The notes: a model not told the origin generated them from the sequence alone. 64,000 bases of DNA from Streptomyces virus StarPlatinum (IMGVR_UViG_2974628900_000001:60305-124304), one strand, 5' to 3'. Shown: positions 9,465 to 18,459, counted from the stretch's first letter. Made by a program: numbers and translations.

Positions 9465-11285
9465 ATGTCAACAGACTTTACCGAGTTCTTTAATGCTCTC
9501 TCTGACGAGGACTTTGAAGAGATTCCAGTAGATATTGAAACATTCGTGCAGAGCCAAGACTACTTGGGAATGCCTCATCTGTCCGAATATCAGTATCAAC
9601 TTATTCGTGCTTCCAGTCAGATTTACAAGGAGAGCACTCTTTACAACATCTACGAGGTACAAAAGGCCCGGCAGAGATGGGCGGAGACATGTAACGAAGT
9701 CATTGCCTGTCTAGGTAAGGGTAGCGGTAAGGACTTCACATCCACCATCGCCTGTGCGTATATCGTATACCTCTTGCTATGTCTACGCAATCCAGCTAAG
9801 TATTTTGGTAAGCCTGCTGGAGACTCCATTGACATTCTGAACATTGCTATCAACGCAGCCCAGGCCAACAACGTCTTCTTCAAGGGCTTCAAGAGCCGCA
9901 TCGAGGGGTCACCATGGTTTGTAGGAAAGTTCACGACTAAGGCGGGCCACATCGCATTTGATAAAAACGTGAACGTGTACTCAGGCCACTCCGAACGTGA
10001 AGCCTGGGAGGGTTACAACCTGATCTACTGCGTGCTTGACGAGATCTCCGGTTTTGCACTAGACTCTACATCAGGTAACGAGCAGGCTAAGACGGCCGAT
10101 GCTGTCTATAAGATGTATCGAGCATCTGTAGACTCTCGATTCCCAGCAGAAGGAAAGGTAGTTCTTCTATCATTCCCTCGCTTCAAGAACGACTTTATCT
10201 CTCAGAGATACGAAGCTGTTGTTGCTGATAAGCAGGTAATCGAACGTACACATACGTTTAAGCTTGATCCAGATCTTCCCGATGAGATTGAAGAGAACAA
10301 GTTCACAATCAAGTGGGAAGAGGACCATATCATTTCCTACAACATTCCACGTGTATACGCATTGAAGCGTCCTACGTGGGAGGTTAATCCTACTCGTAAG
10401 ATTGAAGACTTTACCACTGCATTCTTCACTGATCCTGTTGATGCATTGTCTCGATTTGCATGTATGCCACCTGATGCAATTGACGCCTTCTTCAAGGATA
10501 AGGAGAAGGTAGAAGCGGCGTTCTGTCGTCAAAATCCAATTGACGAAGATGGAACATACAGCCCTGACTTTGTGCCAAAGGAAGGCGTGCGCTACTATGT
10601 TCACGTTGACCTTGCGCAGAAGCATGACCGTTGTGCCGTAGCGCTAGCACATGTGGAGAAGTTTGTCCAGAAGAAAATCGGTGGACAGCTAAACGAAGTC
10701 TTGCCTTTTGTTGTAGTTGATGCTGTAAGATGGTGGACGCCGAAGCCAGGTCAGGACATTGACTTTGCCGACGTTCGAGAGTATATTACAGGATTGAAGC
10801 GAAGAGGATTCGACCTCAGACTTGTGACCTTTGACCGATGGAACTCTAATGACCAAATGAAGTATTTGCGAGGAGTTGGAATCAATTCAGAGGTTTTGTC
10901 TGTGGCAAAGAAGCATTACGAAGATCTGAGCTGGGTCGTCTATGACCAGAGGCTTGTTGGTCCGGATGCTGGTGTTCTTCGCAGAGAGCTGCTACAGTTG
11001 AGAATCATGCCGAACGACAAGATTGATCACCCAAGAACGGGATCAAAGGACTTGGCGGACGCGGTGTGTGGAGCAGTTCACAATGCAATTACATACACTC
11101 CTCGTGAAGAGAGCGCTGTCATTGAAGTTCAGACTTATCAGACTCTTCGACGTGCTGAGATTCAGGCTCGTCAGGAAGAGGTTGACAGCCAGCGAGAACG
11201 TGATAATGTAATTATAGCTCCTCGTGAGAGGCGTGAGATGCCTGATGACATTCAGGAATATCTCACAAGGCTAGAAATTATCTAA
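9465..11285 (+). CDS. terL: terminase large subunit
   Basis: Walker A-like LGKGSGKD, Walker B YCVLDEISGF, C-terminal RNaseH-like nuclease region with acidic residues (VHVDLAQKHDR); 606 aa. Confidence 0.85.
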   Translation: MSTDFTEFFNALSDEDFEEIPVDIETFVQSQDYLGMPHLSEYQYQLIRASSQIYKESTLYNIYEVQKARQRWAETCNEVIACLGKGSGKDFTSTIACAYIVYLLLCLRNPAKYFGKPAGDSIDILNIAINAAQANNVFFKGFKSRIEGSPWFVGKFTTKAGHIAFDKNVNVYSGHSEREAWEGYNLIYCVLDEISGFALDSTSGNEQAKTADAVYKMYRASVDSRFPAEGKVVLLSFPRFKNDFISQRYEAVVADKQVIERTHTFKLDPDLPDEIEENKFTIKWEEDHIISYNIPRVYALKRPTWEVNPTRKIEDFTTAFFTDPVDALSRFACMPPDAIDAFFKDKEKVEAAFCRQNPIDEDGTYSPDFVPKEGVRYYVHVDLAQKHDRCAVALAHVEKFVQKKIGGQLNEVLPFVVVDAVRWWTPKPGQDIDFADVREYITGLKRRGFDLRLVTFDRWNSNDQMKYLRGVGINSEVLSVAKKHYEDLSWVVYDQRLVGPDAGVLRRELLQLRIMPNDKIDHPRTGSKDLADAVCGAVHNAITYTPREESAVIEVQTYQTLRRAEIQARQEEVDSQRERDNVIIAPRERREMPDDIQEYLTRLEII

Positions 11286-11298
11286 GGAAGGTCATGCC

Positions 11299-11826
11299 AT
11301 GCCTGCTTTAAAGCAGAACCGTAAGGAAATTGTCAAGACTCTCCTAGTGCGTGATGGTAACCTATGTCGTCACCCCGATTGTGGGTTGCCATTCACCAAG
11401 GAGAAGCCTGCTACTATCGACCACTGGATACCGTTGAGTGCTGGTGGAACTTGGGAACTAACTAACCTAGTTCTCATGCACCAGAAGTGTAATGCCGCTA
11501 AGGGCGACAAGATCCCTCTTGACGACGGCACACTTCCTGTGGTACAAAAGAAGCAGAGGGTTGATCGCGCTGTGAAGCGTGCGGCTCGTCCAGTAGTTTG
11601 TGAACGTTGTCAGTCTGGTAGGCTGCTCGGTCCAGACGAAGAGTGCGAGCAGTGTGGAAGCGGTCCTATGCCGCCAACATACCCTCAATGGTCTAAGATG
11701 AAGCCAAACGAGTGTACGCACGAAGGCATCTGGTGGTGCTGGTGCTGCATGTCTGGTATCATACAAAGACAACCAGCAAGTAAGTACGTCTTTAATGGCG
11801 GTGAGCCGGGCATAGATCCGGCGTGA
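11299..11826 (+). CDS. HNH endonuclease
   Basis: HNH core DHWIPLSAGGTWELTNLVLMHQKCNAAK plus extra Cys-rich C-terminus. Confidence 0.75.
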   Translation: MPALKQNRKEIVKTLLVRDGNLCRHPDCGLPFTKEKPATIDHWIPLSAGGTWELTNLVLMHQKCNAAKGDKIPLDDGTLPVVQKKQRVDRAVKRAARPVVCERCQSGRLLGPDEECEQCGSGPMPPTYPQWSKMKPNECTHEGIWWCWCCMSGIIQRQPASKYVFNGGEPGIDPA

Positions 11827-11835
11827 AAGGATTAA

Positions 11836-12456
11836 ATGTCTACTACTACAGCAATGTTGCTCATCCTCGACCGGTCTGGTAGCATGTCTAGTATCCAGAT
11901 GGAGGCAGAGCAAGCGCTGAATGACTTCCTGACTAAGCAGAAGGCCGTTGACGGTCGATGTGGAGTCAAGGTTGTTCAGTTCGACAGCGAAGTAGAAGAT
12001 CTATTTGGTCCAGTTTCTCTAGCTAACGCACCTGAGATCAAGATCGTCCCTCGTGGAATGACAGCACTACTTGACGCAATCGGCAAGTCTGTGACAGAAT
12101 TCAGAGAGACGATGGACCACATGCCTGTGGATAAGCGACTCGTCGTTATCATGACAGATGGTCTAGAGAATGTTTCTCAGGAGTGGAATCTAGAAGCAGT
12201 TAACAAGCTGATTAGCGAGTCAAGGGAGTTGGGCTATGAGTTCATCTTCCTTGCCGCTAACCAGGATGCAATTGCGACTGGCGCTCAAATGGGTATTCCA
12301 ACAGCTTCAAGTTTGACCTTTGCGGCTAGTCCGGCTGGTGTGCGTGGCATGGGAATGACCATGGACATGTACGTCACCAACTATCGTGAGGGTAAGTCAG
12401 CAGAATTCACTGATCAGGACAGGGCAACAGCTTCTGGCTTGACAGACGAAGACTAA
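11836..12456 (+). CDS. von Willebrand factor A (vWA) domain protein
   Basis: MIDAS motif LDRSGSM, later TDG; 206 aa. Confidence 0.7.
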   Translation: MSTTTAMLLILDRSGSMSSIQMEAEQALNDFLTKQKAVDGRCGVKVVQFDSEVEDLFGPVSLANAPEIKIVPRGMTALLDAIGKSVTEFRETMDHMPVDKRLVVIMTDGLENVSQEWNLEAVNKLISESRELGYEFIFLAANQDAIATGAQMGIPTASSLTFAASPAGVRGMGMTMDMYVTNYREGKSAEFTDQDRATASGLTDED

Positions 12457-12476
12457 GCTGCTAAAGTAGTAAATGT

Positions 12477-12560
12477 GGGTCGAAGGGCTCGGTCGGTTAT
12501 CTTACATTGGAAATAGAAAGCCATTAAATTGGCACCCGACTCCCAACACTTATCCACATT
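12477..12560 (+). ncRNA. Y-RNA-like element, copy d (GGGTCGAAGGG...CGGTTATCTTACA module)
   Basis: 5' sequence tGGGTCGAAGGGctcggtCGGTTATC resembles the conserved metazoan Y RNA 5' end (GGUCCGAAGG...GUUAUC); GGTCGG/CCGACT can pair; no T-loop. Confidence 0.4.
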
Positions 12561-12562
12561 AT

Positions 12563-12633
12563 GCGTCGGTAGTTTAATGGTAGAACGAGAGACTTCCAAT
12601 CTTTCAGCGCGGGTTCGATTCCCGCTCGGCGCT
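12563..12633 (+). tRNA. tRNA-Gly (anticodon TCC)
   Basis: Cloverleaf parsed by hand: acceptor gcgtcgg/tcggcgc, T-loop GGTTCGATTCC, anticodon loop cTTCCAa. Confidence 0.75.
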
Positions 12634-12641
12634 CTCACCAT

Positions 12642-12713
12642 TCCCCATTGGTGTAATCGGCAACACAACAGGCTCTGACCCTGTTATTCCTAGTTCGAAT
12701 CTAGGGTGGGGAG
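12642..12713 (+). tRNA. tRNA-Gln (anticodon CTG)
   Basis: Acceptor tccccat/gtgggga, T-arm cctagTTCGAATctagg, anticodon loop ctCTGac. Confidence 0.7.
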
Positions 12714-12943
12714 CTGGTCCGACTTTACGATATCGGCGGAAATAACGGAACCGGAACTCACATAATAACCATGGTAAAAGTGAGGAATGGCGAAGGGAAA
12801 TATGCGGGAAGCGATGGGTAAAACCTCCTCGGATCGACAATTTAAGGCCAGTTGCAGGCCAGCATAGAACAATAGATCTCCCTGGGTTAGGCGCTTACGC
12901 CGTCTATTGTTTGAATGCGAAGGGGTCACGCCCAAGCAACTAT

Positions 12944-13014
12944 ATGTCCTAAGTGTTACGGTAGCACGGTGGTCTCCAAAACCACAAGCGAGGGTTCAAC
13001 TCCTTCAGGACATG
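12944..13014 (+). tRNA. tRNA-Trp (anticodon CCA)
   Basis: Perfect acceptor atgtcct/aggacat, anticodon stem gtggt/accac, loop ctCCAaa. Confidence 0.8.
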
Positions 13015-13020
13015 CTCTAT

Positions 13021-13056
13021 AAGGGTTCCAAACTTGCAATAAGATTTGGAACCCTT
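13021..13056 (+). terminator. 12-bp stem hairpin after tRNA-Trp, followed by TATAAT
   Basis: AAGGGTTCCAAA-12 nt-TTTGGAACCCTT then TATAAT and the HNH start. Confidence 0.5.
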
Positions 13057-13068
13057 TATAATTGCCTC

Positions 13069-13422
13069 ATGGCATACGCAGATATTGAGAAGAGTCGGGC
13101 AGCGAAGCGCGCCCACTATCACAAGAACAAGGAACAGTACAAGCTTAGGAACACTCAGAGAAAGCTGGAGATGAGAAACTATCTCATTGAGCTTAAGAGG
13201 GTTCCGTGTATGGACTGTGGAAATTCATACCCATTCTATTGCATGGATTTCGATCACAGAGATCCTTCTGAAAAGGAAGGGAACATTGGTCAAATTGTAA
13301 ACAATGGATCATGGAATAAACTTTACGCAGAGGTCGCCAAGTGCGATGTTGTCTGCGCAAACTGTCACAGAATTCGAACGGCGAAGAAGTCTAACTGGAC
13401 TCCTGACCAGCTATATAAGTGA
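13069..13422 (+). CDS. HNH endonuclease (small, tRNA-cluster associated)
   Basis: CMDCGNSYPFYCMDFDHRDP...CANCHRIRT HNH/zinc motif; paralogue of 29307..29651; extended ORF from 12907 would overlap tRNA-Trp. Confidence 0.7.
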   Translation: MAYADIEKSRAAKRAHYHKNKEQYKLRNTQRKLEMRNYLIELKRVPCMDCGNSYPFYCMDFDHRDPSEKEGNIGQIVNNGSWNKLYAEVAKCDVVCANCHRIRTAKKSNWTPDQLYK

Positions 13423-13876
13423 GGCAACATGGGATACTACACTTCGATACCAAGTTGAGATTGTCAGAGACAGCGAGAGAGCTAAGGATCTCATTGACAA
13501 CGCTGATAGTGTCACCATTCCTGGAAGCTACGAACTGAATCTATCTAGACTGCTCAACGGCAACTATGATACGATGAAGTGGTACGACTGGGAAGACGAC
13601 ATGGCTAGCCTCTCTAGAGATTGGCCGAATGTCCTCTTTGCCCTGAGTGGTGAAGGAGAGGAGCCCGGTGATCTCTGGAAGGCTTGGGTAAGAAACGGCA
13701 AGGTTGTCAAGGTAGAAGGTAGAATCGTCTACGATGTGCCAGACCTTGACAAGGTGCTTCCGATCAACGATACTGTAGAAGAGAAGTACAAGGCACAGAA
13801 GAAGGCAGAGCTTCAAGCCACGATCAAGGATCTTGAGAACAGGCTACAGGAGCTTAAGGGTCTATCTAAGGATTGA
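13304..13876 (+). CDS. hypothetical protein (start uncertain)
   Basis: 190-aa ORF; first 119 nt overlap HNH gene in another frame, so true start may be internal. Confidence 0.4.
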   Translation: MDHGINFTQRSPSAMLSAQTVTEFERRRSLTGLLTSYISEATWDTTLRYQVEIVRDSERAKDLIDNADSVTIPGSYELNLSRLLNGNYDTMKWYDWEDDMASLSRDWPNVLFALSGEGEEPGDLWKAWVRNGKVVKVEGRIVYDVPDLDKVLPINDTVEEKYKAQKKAELQATIKDLENRLQELKGLSKD

Positions 13877-13877
13877 G

Positions 13878-14045
13878 ATGGCACTAGTTGGAAACGGCAA
13901 TACATGCTGGTTTCAGCGATGTGGCAACAAGCCAATCCATCGAATTAGGTACTACAACAAGACCGTAATGGTTTGCAACAAGCACAAGAATCTCGATGGA
14001 GCTGGTTGTGCGCCTAGTCGCAGAAGGCCAAAAGATTCAGCTTGA
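13878..14045 (+). CDS. small Cys-rich protein
   Basis: AAGGA RBS, 55 aa, CWFQRC...CNKHK...C. Confidence 0.4.
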   Translation: MALVGNGNTCWFQRCGNKPIHRIRYYNKTVMVCNKHKNLDGAGCAPSRRRPKDSA

Positions 14046-14077
14046 CAGACGCTAGCGGGTCTGTTAGTATTAAGTAC
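14042..14077 (+). promoter_or_regulatory. sigma-70-like promoter before tRNA cluster
   Basis: TTGACA-17 nt-TAGTAT. Confidence 0.5.
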
Positions 14078-14099
14078 AACGCAGCGACAACGCTGCTAT

Positions 14100-14171
14100 C
14101 TGGCACGGGGAAGATGGTAATCCATTCGCTTTGGAAGCGTAAGAAACCCGGTTCGATTCCGGGGTGCCAGA
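14100..14171 (+). tRNA. tRNA-Pro (anticodon TGG), copy 1
   Basis: Acceptor ctggcac/gtgccag, T-arm cccggTTCGATTccggg, anticodon loop ttTGGaa (one stem mismatch). Confidence 0.6.
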
Positions 14172-14194
14172 CTCGGACTGCAAAAGCAGTCTAT

Positions 14195-14269
14195 CGGGAT
14201 GTAGCTCAGCTTGGTCAGAGCGCGCCGTTTGGGGCGGTGAAGTCGCAGGTTCGAATCCTGTCATCCCGA
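14195..14269 (+). tRNA. tRNA-Pro (anticodon TGG), copy 2
   Basis: Acceptor cgggatg/catcccg, D-arm GCTCAGCTTGGTCAGAGC, anticodon loop ttTGGgg. Confidence 0.65.
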
Positions 14270-14275
14270 CAATTT

Positions 14276-14346
14276 GGGTCGAATGGGACACGGTTATCAC
14301 TCAATGGATAATAGGTTCGATTCCTATCGCTGGGTTCGCTCGGTAG
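14276..14346 (+). ncRNA. Y-RNA-like element, copy a (5' module plus canonical T-arm, no pairing acceptor)
   Basis: GGGTCGAATGGGacaCGGTTATCACTCAATGG then T-arm ataggTTCGATTcctat; 5' and 3' ends do not form a tRNA acceptor stem. Confidence 0.4.
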
Positions 14347-14432
14347 ATACAAGTCATCCGAGATTGTGTGTGGTAGGATGACGTTAAGGACTACACACTA
14401 TCCGTTCCCGCCATATACCTAAAGGACTTACT

Positions 14433-14954
14433 ATGACTGTACTATTGAGAACAATTCATGGTTCCCATCTGTATGGGCTCGCTCACAAGGGTTCTGACAA
14501 AGACATTTACGAAGTAATTGCAACCAGTCGAACCAAGCGTAAGCGAAACATCAAGCAAACCATTGTGAATGGTGTTGACAAGACGACGGTAGATATGTCA
14601 ACATTTATGAATATGGTTGACGAATGCGTACCTCAAGCACTTGAAGCGCTATGGACGCCGGTCGCTGAGATCGATAAGATCCACGAATTCCGGACTCAAT
14701 ATCGAGTGAATCGCGCCAAGATGAAGGAAGTATACATTCGAACCGCTCTGAACTTCGCTAAGAGTGATGGAGTAAAGCAGAGGCGTCACGCTATCCGCCT
14801 GCTTCTGAATCTCGGTGCAGCTTTGGAATACGGTAAGTTTAATCCCCAGCTTTCCAACATGGACAAGTTCATTCTTGAATCTTCCATGGGCGAGACTGGA
14901 GCATATGAGGATGTCTTTCTAGGCGTCCTTGACGAAGTACAAAAGTGGGTCTGA
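14433..14954 (+). CDS. Pol-beta-superfamily nucleotidyltransferase domain protein
   Basis: hGSxxYGL(x9)GSDxD motif (HGSHLYGLAHKGSDKD) near N-terminus; 173 aa. Confidence 0.55.
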   Translation: MTVLLRTIHGSHLYGLAHKGSDKDIYEVIATSRTKRKRNIKQTIVNGVDKTTVDMSTFMNMVDECVPQALEALWTPVAEIDKIHEFRTQYRVNRAKMKEVYIRTALNFAKSDGVKQRRHAIRLLLNLGAALEYGKFNPQLSNMDKFILESSMGETGAYEDVFLGVLDEVQKWV

Positions 14955-14971
14955 AAGATGGCTCACGCCAC

Positions 14972-15048
14972 TGGGGCGTATACCCTCTGTCTGATAAACA
15001 GTTGAAAGGTTAAGTGGTCACATGTGGGTTCAACTCCCACCGTCCCAA
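14972..15048 (+). tRNA. probable tRNA, identity unresolved
   Basis: Canonical T-arm gtgggTTCAACTcccac and pairing acceptor tggggcg/cgtccca, but D and anticodon arms could not be folded by eye. Confidence 0.35.
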
Positions 15049-15087
15049 CTGGTCTCCTTGGTGAGACAATAGCAGAAAAACTAAATC

Positions 15088-16899
15088 ATGGTAGATTTCG
15101 ACAAGAAGCATTCAAAAGAACTTGTGAAACTCCCTGACTCAGACCTAGAGCTTAGCTCTAGGTCTTTTAGGCTTTCCAGTCAGGGTGCGCTTAAGCATGT
15201 CTCAGGAGGGGCACGCCTAAGCATGAAGAATCTGATTGACTGGTTGACTGTCGCAGACTACAAGATTGAGATTGCTAAGGCTAGACACGAAGGCAATCAT
15301 GAGAAGGCTCGCAAGCTGCGAATGGAACAACAGAAGCACGCACAACCACGCAGGAAGAGATTCTACATTTGCGTGGCGGCGTCTCTGGCCATCACAGCAT
15401 GGCTTACAAGCGCCTTCGGTGCTGTCACATTTGGCGCGGTGGCAGTCAGCCTCTTGATCGCCTTTGCCATAGTAGGAGTGACTAACAAGACTTACATCTT
15501 TGGTGAGGAAGAAGAAGATCAAGAAGAGGATGCTATGGCACCTTTCCCAATTGCAGATGCTCGTAACAGAGAAGAAGCGATTGAGTGCCTACGCAGAGCA
15601 TTGCTTGCAGAAGGAATCACTCCTCGGAATATCCTTGAACCAACTCGATACAATTGGGGCTGGGAATTCCCAGTCATTCTACGTAAGGGAACACCTGATG
15701 ATGTAATGGCTAAGACCAAGGATATGGAAACTCTGATGAGACTTCCCGCTGATGGAATGCTTGTTGCAGCTACCAGATTCCGAGCCGAAGTGATTATTCG
15801 TCTTATGCAGTCCGACCCATTTGCTGATATGACTGGACAGGGCAGAGCAGAGCCTCTATCTCGTTCAATCAAAAACAAGTACAAGGTCGCCCAGCGTATG
15901 GACGGACAGTTCCTTGAGATGTCTCTTCTAAGGAATCACGCAGTCATCATCGCCGCGCCTGGTGGTGGTAAGTCTATGTTCATGCGAACACTAGCAGACA
16001 TTACGACTAGCTGTCGTGATTGTGTAACCTGGGACATTGACCCCGGTGGAAATGGTCTTGAAGTATTCGGAGATGCTATTGCACGTAGAGGTAGAACAGA
16101 AGCTGAAATTGAGGAAATGCTCACTGAGGCTCTTGAATACACCAAGATTCGTGCAAAGAAGCTGACAAAGCTTCGCATGGGAGATAACTGGCAGCCAACG
16201 AGGGAACACCCTGCATTGGTCATCTTCATTGATGAGTTTATCCAGCTCAACAAGAAGTGCAAGGATCTCGCTGTAGACATCATTCGTAATGGACGTAAGT
16301 CAGCAATCACAGTCATTCTAGCTGCACAGCAGGCAACCAAGGATCAGCTTGGAGCGGCCATTGCAGACGCTGTATCAATTAAGGTAATGTTCGCCTCACG
16401 TCACGCCGATGTTCCTTTGGTATTTGGAGAGGGAGCCATCAGTCAGGGCTGGAGGCCAGATAAGCTACATCCTGCATCTGGAGAAGATCCAGAGGACGCA
16501 GGTAAGTGCTACATTATGGGCGGTGGCTCAAGAGAGCCATATCTCTACAAGGCATTTCCAATTGATCCAGACGAAGCAATTGAGATTGGTGATGAACGAG
16601 CCGGTGAAGGAATTGTCCAGCTAGATAAGGATACTTATCTAGACGTAACAGTCACAGATGTAACAGACAGAAGACTGCTCGAAGACATCATGGACATCTT
16701 TGAGAACTTTGACGAGCATGACTGGCTACCTGCTAGCATCTTGACCAAGGAACTACGAGGCTACGGACACATCTTGACAGCTCGTCAGCTTCATGAGATT
16801 CTAGGTAACACCGGTCGGGAGAGCCGAGTATGGGAAGGCTCTAAGTACAAGGTTGCCGGTTACTTTAGAAAGAACATCGAGAAGCAACTGGAGCAGTAA
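15088..16899 (+). CDS. FtsK/SpoIIIE-family DNA translocase-like ATPase with N-terminal membrane anchor
   Basis: TM segment FYICVAASLAITAWLTSAFGAVTFGAVAVSLLIAFAIVG, acidic linker, Walker A IIAAPGGGKSMF, Walker B LVIFIDEF. Confidence 0.75.
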   Translation: MVDFDKKHSKELVKLPDSDLELSSRSFRLSSQGALKHVSGGARLSMKNLIDWLTVADYKIEIAKARHEGNHEKARKLRMEQQKHAQPRRKRFYICVAASLAITAWLTSAFGAVTFGAVAVSLLIAFAIVGVTNKTYIFGEEEEDQEEDAMAPFPIADARNREEAIECLRRALLAEGITPRNILEPTRYNWGWEFPVILRKGTPDDVMAKTKDMETLMRLPADGMLVAATRFRAEVIIRLMQSDPFADMTGQGRAEPLSRSIKNKYKVAQRMDGQFLEMSLLRNHAVIIAAPGGGKSMFMRTLADITTSCRDCVTWDIDPGGNGLEVFGDAIARRGRTEAEIEEMLTEALEYTKIRAKKLTKLRMGDNWQPTREHPALVIFIDEFIQLNKKCKDLAVDIIRNGRKSAITVILAAQQATKDQLGAAIADAVSIKVMFASRHADVPLVFGEGAISQGWRPDKLHPASGEDPEDAGKCYIMGGGSREPYLYKAFPIDPDEAIEIGDERAGEGIVQLDKDTYLDVTVTDVTDRRLLEDIMDIFENFDEHDWLPASILTKELRGYGHILTARQLHEILGNTGRESRVWEGSKYKVAGYFRKNIEKQLEQ

Positions 16900-17114
16900 T
16901 GGAAATGTTGATGGTTGGTCCGGTGTTCCTGTGGGGTCTGGTCAGTCTCTTTCTTGTAAAGAAGAAGGGTAGGCAGTGGCCAGACCTCATTTGGGGAATT
17001 CTCGGCGGACTCATTCTCGCCAAGCTATTTCCGCAAACCGTAGACAGCGTGTTCAACCTGTTTAGCGGTGCCTGGGACACTATCGTCAGCCTCTTCAACA
17101 GCGTCAGTGCTTGA
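16899..17114 (+). CDS. small membrane protein (2 predicted TM helices)
   Basis: 71 aa, hydrophobic segments GPVFLWGLVSLFLV and ILGGLILAKLF. Confidence 0.45.
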   Translation: MEMLMVGPVFLWGLVSLFLVKKKGRQWPDLIWGILGGLILAKLFPQTVDSVFNLFSGAWDTIVSLFNSVSA

Positions 17115-17162
17115 CAGACAAGCTGACACGTTGTAAGCTGTAGCTAAAGGTCTTCGGACCGA

Positions 17163-17236
17163 GCGCCTGTAGCATATGTGGTTGATGCGCCAGTCTTATA
17201 AACTGGAGAAAGCGGGTTCAAATCCCGCCAGGCGTA
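17163..17236 (+). tRNA. tRNA-Ile (anticodon TAT)
   Basis: Acceptor gcgcctg/caggcgt, D gcat/atgc, anticodon stem ccagt/actgg, loop cTTATAa; preceded by TTGACA-17-TAAGCT and a UUCG hairpin. Confidence 0.7.
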
Positions 17237-17262
17237 CTTTGTAATCAACCGAAGGGACAGAA

Positions 17263-17436
17263 ATGGCTCTGTCAAAGCTATTTCCGGTGGGAACTCGGGT
17301 GAAGGTTACTCGTGGTTCTTACAAGAACAAGTACGGCAAGGTTACACTTGTGGGCGGCGATCATAAGATCGTCATCCTTGAAAGGGAAGGCACTCCGCTG
17401 TATGGTGTGAGTGACGAGATGGTTCAGAAGGCATGA
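17263..17436 (+). CDS. small KOW/SH3-like protein (family member)
   Basis: 57 aa, VGTRVKVTRGSYKNKYGKVTLVG KOW-like; starts 27 nt after tRNA-Ile; below 60-aa cutoff. Confidence 0.5.
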   Translation: MALSKLFPVGTRVKVTRGSYKNKYGKVTLVGGDHKIVILEREGTPLYGVSDEMVQKA

Positions 17437-17747
17437 TGAATCTGAATGAGCTAATGAAGTGCAGGCGTTGCCATCGACATGAGCCTTTGTGGTCCCATGC
17501 TTTGGGAACATTTTGCACTGAATGCGCACATCTGGCAGACAAGATCATGGATGATGATTGCAAGATTCTTGCGTTTCTTGCTTATGAAGTTCATGAGTTT
17601 GTCGAAGGAGATCTTGTCTGGGATCTTGAAACTGGAGATCACGGATACTTCTTCACGGAAGGATTGCAGTGCCATCATGTGCTAGTCGATGGCGAAATCC
17701 GTCAGTACAACAAGATGAACGTCTATCTCTCAAACGTGGAGGTCTAA
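17433..17747 (+). CDS. Cys/His-rich hypothetical protein
   Basis: 104 aa, CRRCHRHE...CTEC...C..HH. Confidence 0.45.
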   Translation: MMNLNELMKCRRCHRHEPLWSHALGTFCTECAHLADKIMDDDCKILAFLAYEVHEFVEGDLVWDLETGDHGYFFTEGLQCHHVLVDGEIRQYNKMNVYLSNVEV

Positions 17748-17923
17748 TGGACAGCAAGAAGGGTCTTGAAGTCGGGACAAAGGTCATTGTTGGTTCAGAC
17801 AAGAAGAAGGGTGAGATCTGGGAGCTTGGAACCAATCCAACTCTCGTTAAAGTTCTCATGAAGGAAGGACCCTGGGAGGGACAGGTTATGCTTGTCGTTC
17901 TTAAGCAGGTGAAGATTGCCTGA
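17747..17923 (+). CDS. small KOW/SH3-like protein (family member)
   Basis: 58 aa from ATG 17747 (TAATG overlap), VGTKVIVGSDKKKGEIWELG. Confidence 0.5.
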   Translation: MDSKKGLEVGTKVIVGSDKKKGEIWELGTNPTLVKVLMKEGPWEGQVMLVVLKQVKIA

Positions 17924-18125
17924 GTTCAAGTCAGGTGATATAATCAGAGTGAAGCCAGACAATCCGAAGATGCCCAAGAAGTATTGGAGGTTGACTGGAG
18001 TCATCGCTTCAAGGGAGACCTTTCTTGTTCGGAAGATATTTCGGACAGACTATCTTGTGATCATGCATGGTAGTTTGGAAGCTGCGACTTTCAAAGAAAG
18101 TGACATAGAGCTTTACCGCCCCTAA
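17916..18125 (+). CDS. small KOW/SH3-like protein (family member)
   Basis: 69 aa, SGDIIRVKPDNPKMPKKYWRLTGVI. Confidence 0.5.
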   Translation: MPEFKSGDIIRVKPDNPKMPKKYWRLTGVIASRETFLVRKIFRTDYLVIMHGSLEAATFKESDIELYRP

Positions 18126-18135
18126 CAGGGCACAT

Positions 18136-18220
18136 GGAAGGTAAGCGATTGGTTAGCAGGCGTCTTGGAAAGGCGCTAAGGGTGTCAAAGCCCGGCAGGG
18201 TTCAATTCCCTGGCCTTCCG
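18136..18220 (+). tRNA. tRNA-Ser (anticodon GGA), type II
   Basis: Acceptor ggaaggt/gccttcc, anticodon stem gcgtc/ggcgc, loop ttGGAaa, long variable arm, T-arm cagggTTCAATTccctg. Confidence 0.75.
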
Positions 18221-18231
18221 CTGGAGGTGCT

Positions 18232-18459
18232 ATGATTATCTGTGGCGACATGGTTCAAGTAAAGCACAACCGTGAGAATGTTGATCCTGCTTATTACGGT
18301 AAGCGTGGTCGGGTTCACAAGCGTACTCGATTTCTCAAGAGGCTCGGTGCCGGTGAGTACGAAATTATGTTCTTCGAAAGGGATCTCAATCATCCTATCA
18401 TGGGTGTAATGGGAGGATTCCTTGAGGAAGATCTAGAAGTTGTTGGCGGTAAGTGCTGA
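18232..18459 (+). CDS. small KOW/SH3-like protein (family member)
   Basis: 75 aa, GDMVQVKHNRENVDPAYYGKRGRVHK. Confidence 0.5.
   Translation: MIICGDMVQVKHNRENVDPAYYGKRGRVHKRTRFLKRLGAGEYEIMFFERDLNHPIMGVMGGFLEEDLEVVGGKC

Noticed and set aside
12453-12935. Minus-strand ORFs 12453..12668, 12604..12840, 12690..12935 (and similar at 14070..14300, 21019..21207, 27559..27897, 28837..29100, 33236..33729, 34287..34696, 36322..36714)
   Set aside because: They run across tRNA genes; peptides such as ...ESNPR are the reverse-strand translation of GGTTCGAATCC T-loops. T-loop orientation shows the tRNAs are on the + strand.
12907-13068. 5' extension of HNH ORF from TTG 12907
   Set aside because: The extension would read through tRNA-Trp (12944..13014) and the 13021..13056 hairpin. 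ATG 13069 gives a 117-aa protein matching its 114-aa paralogue.
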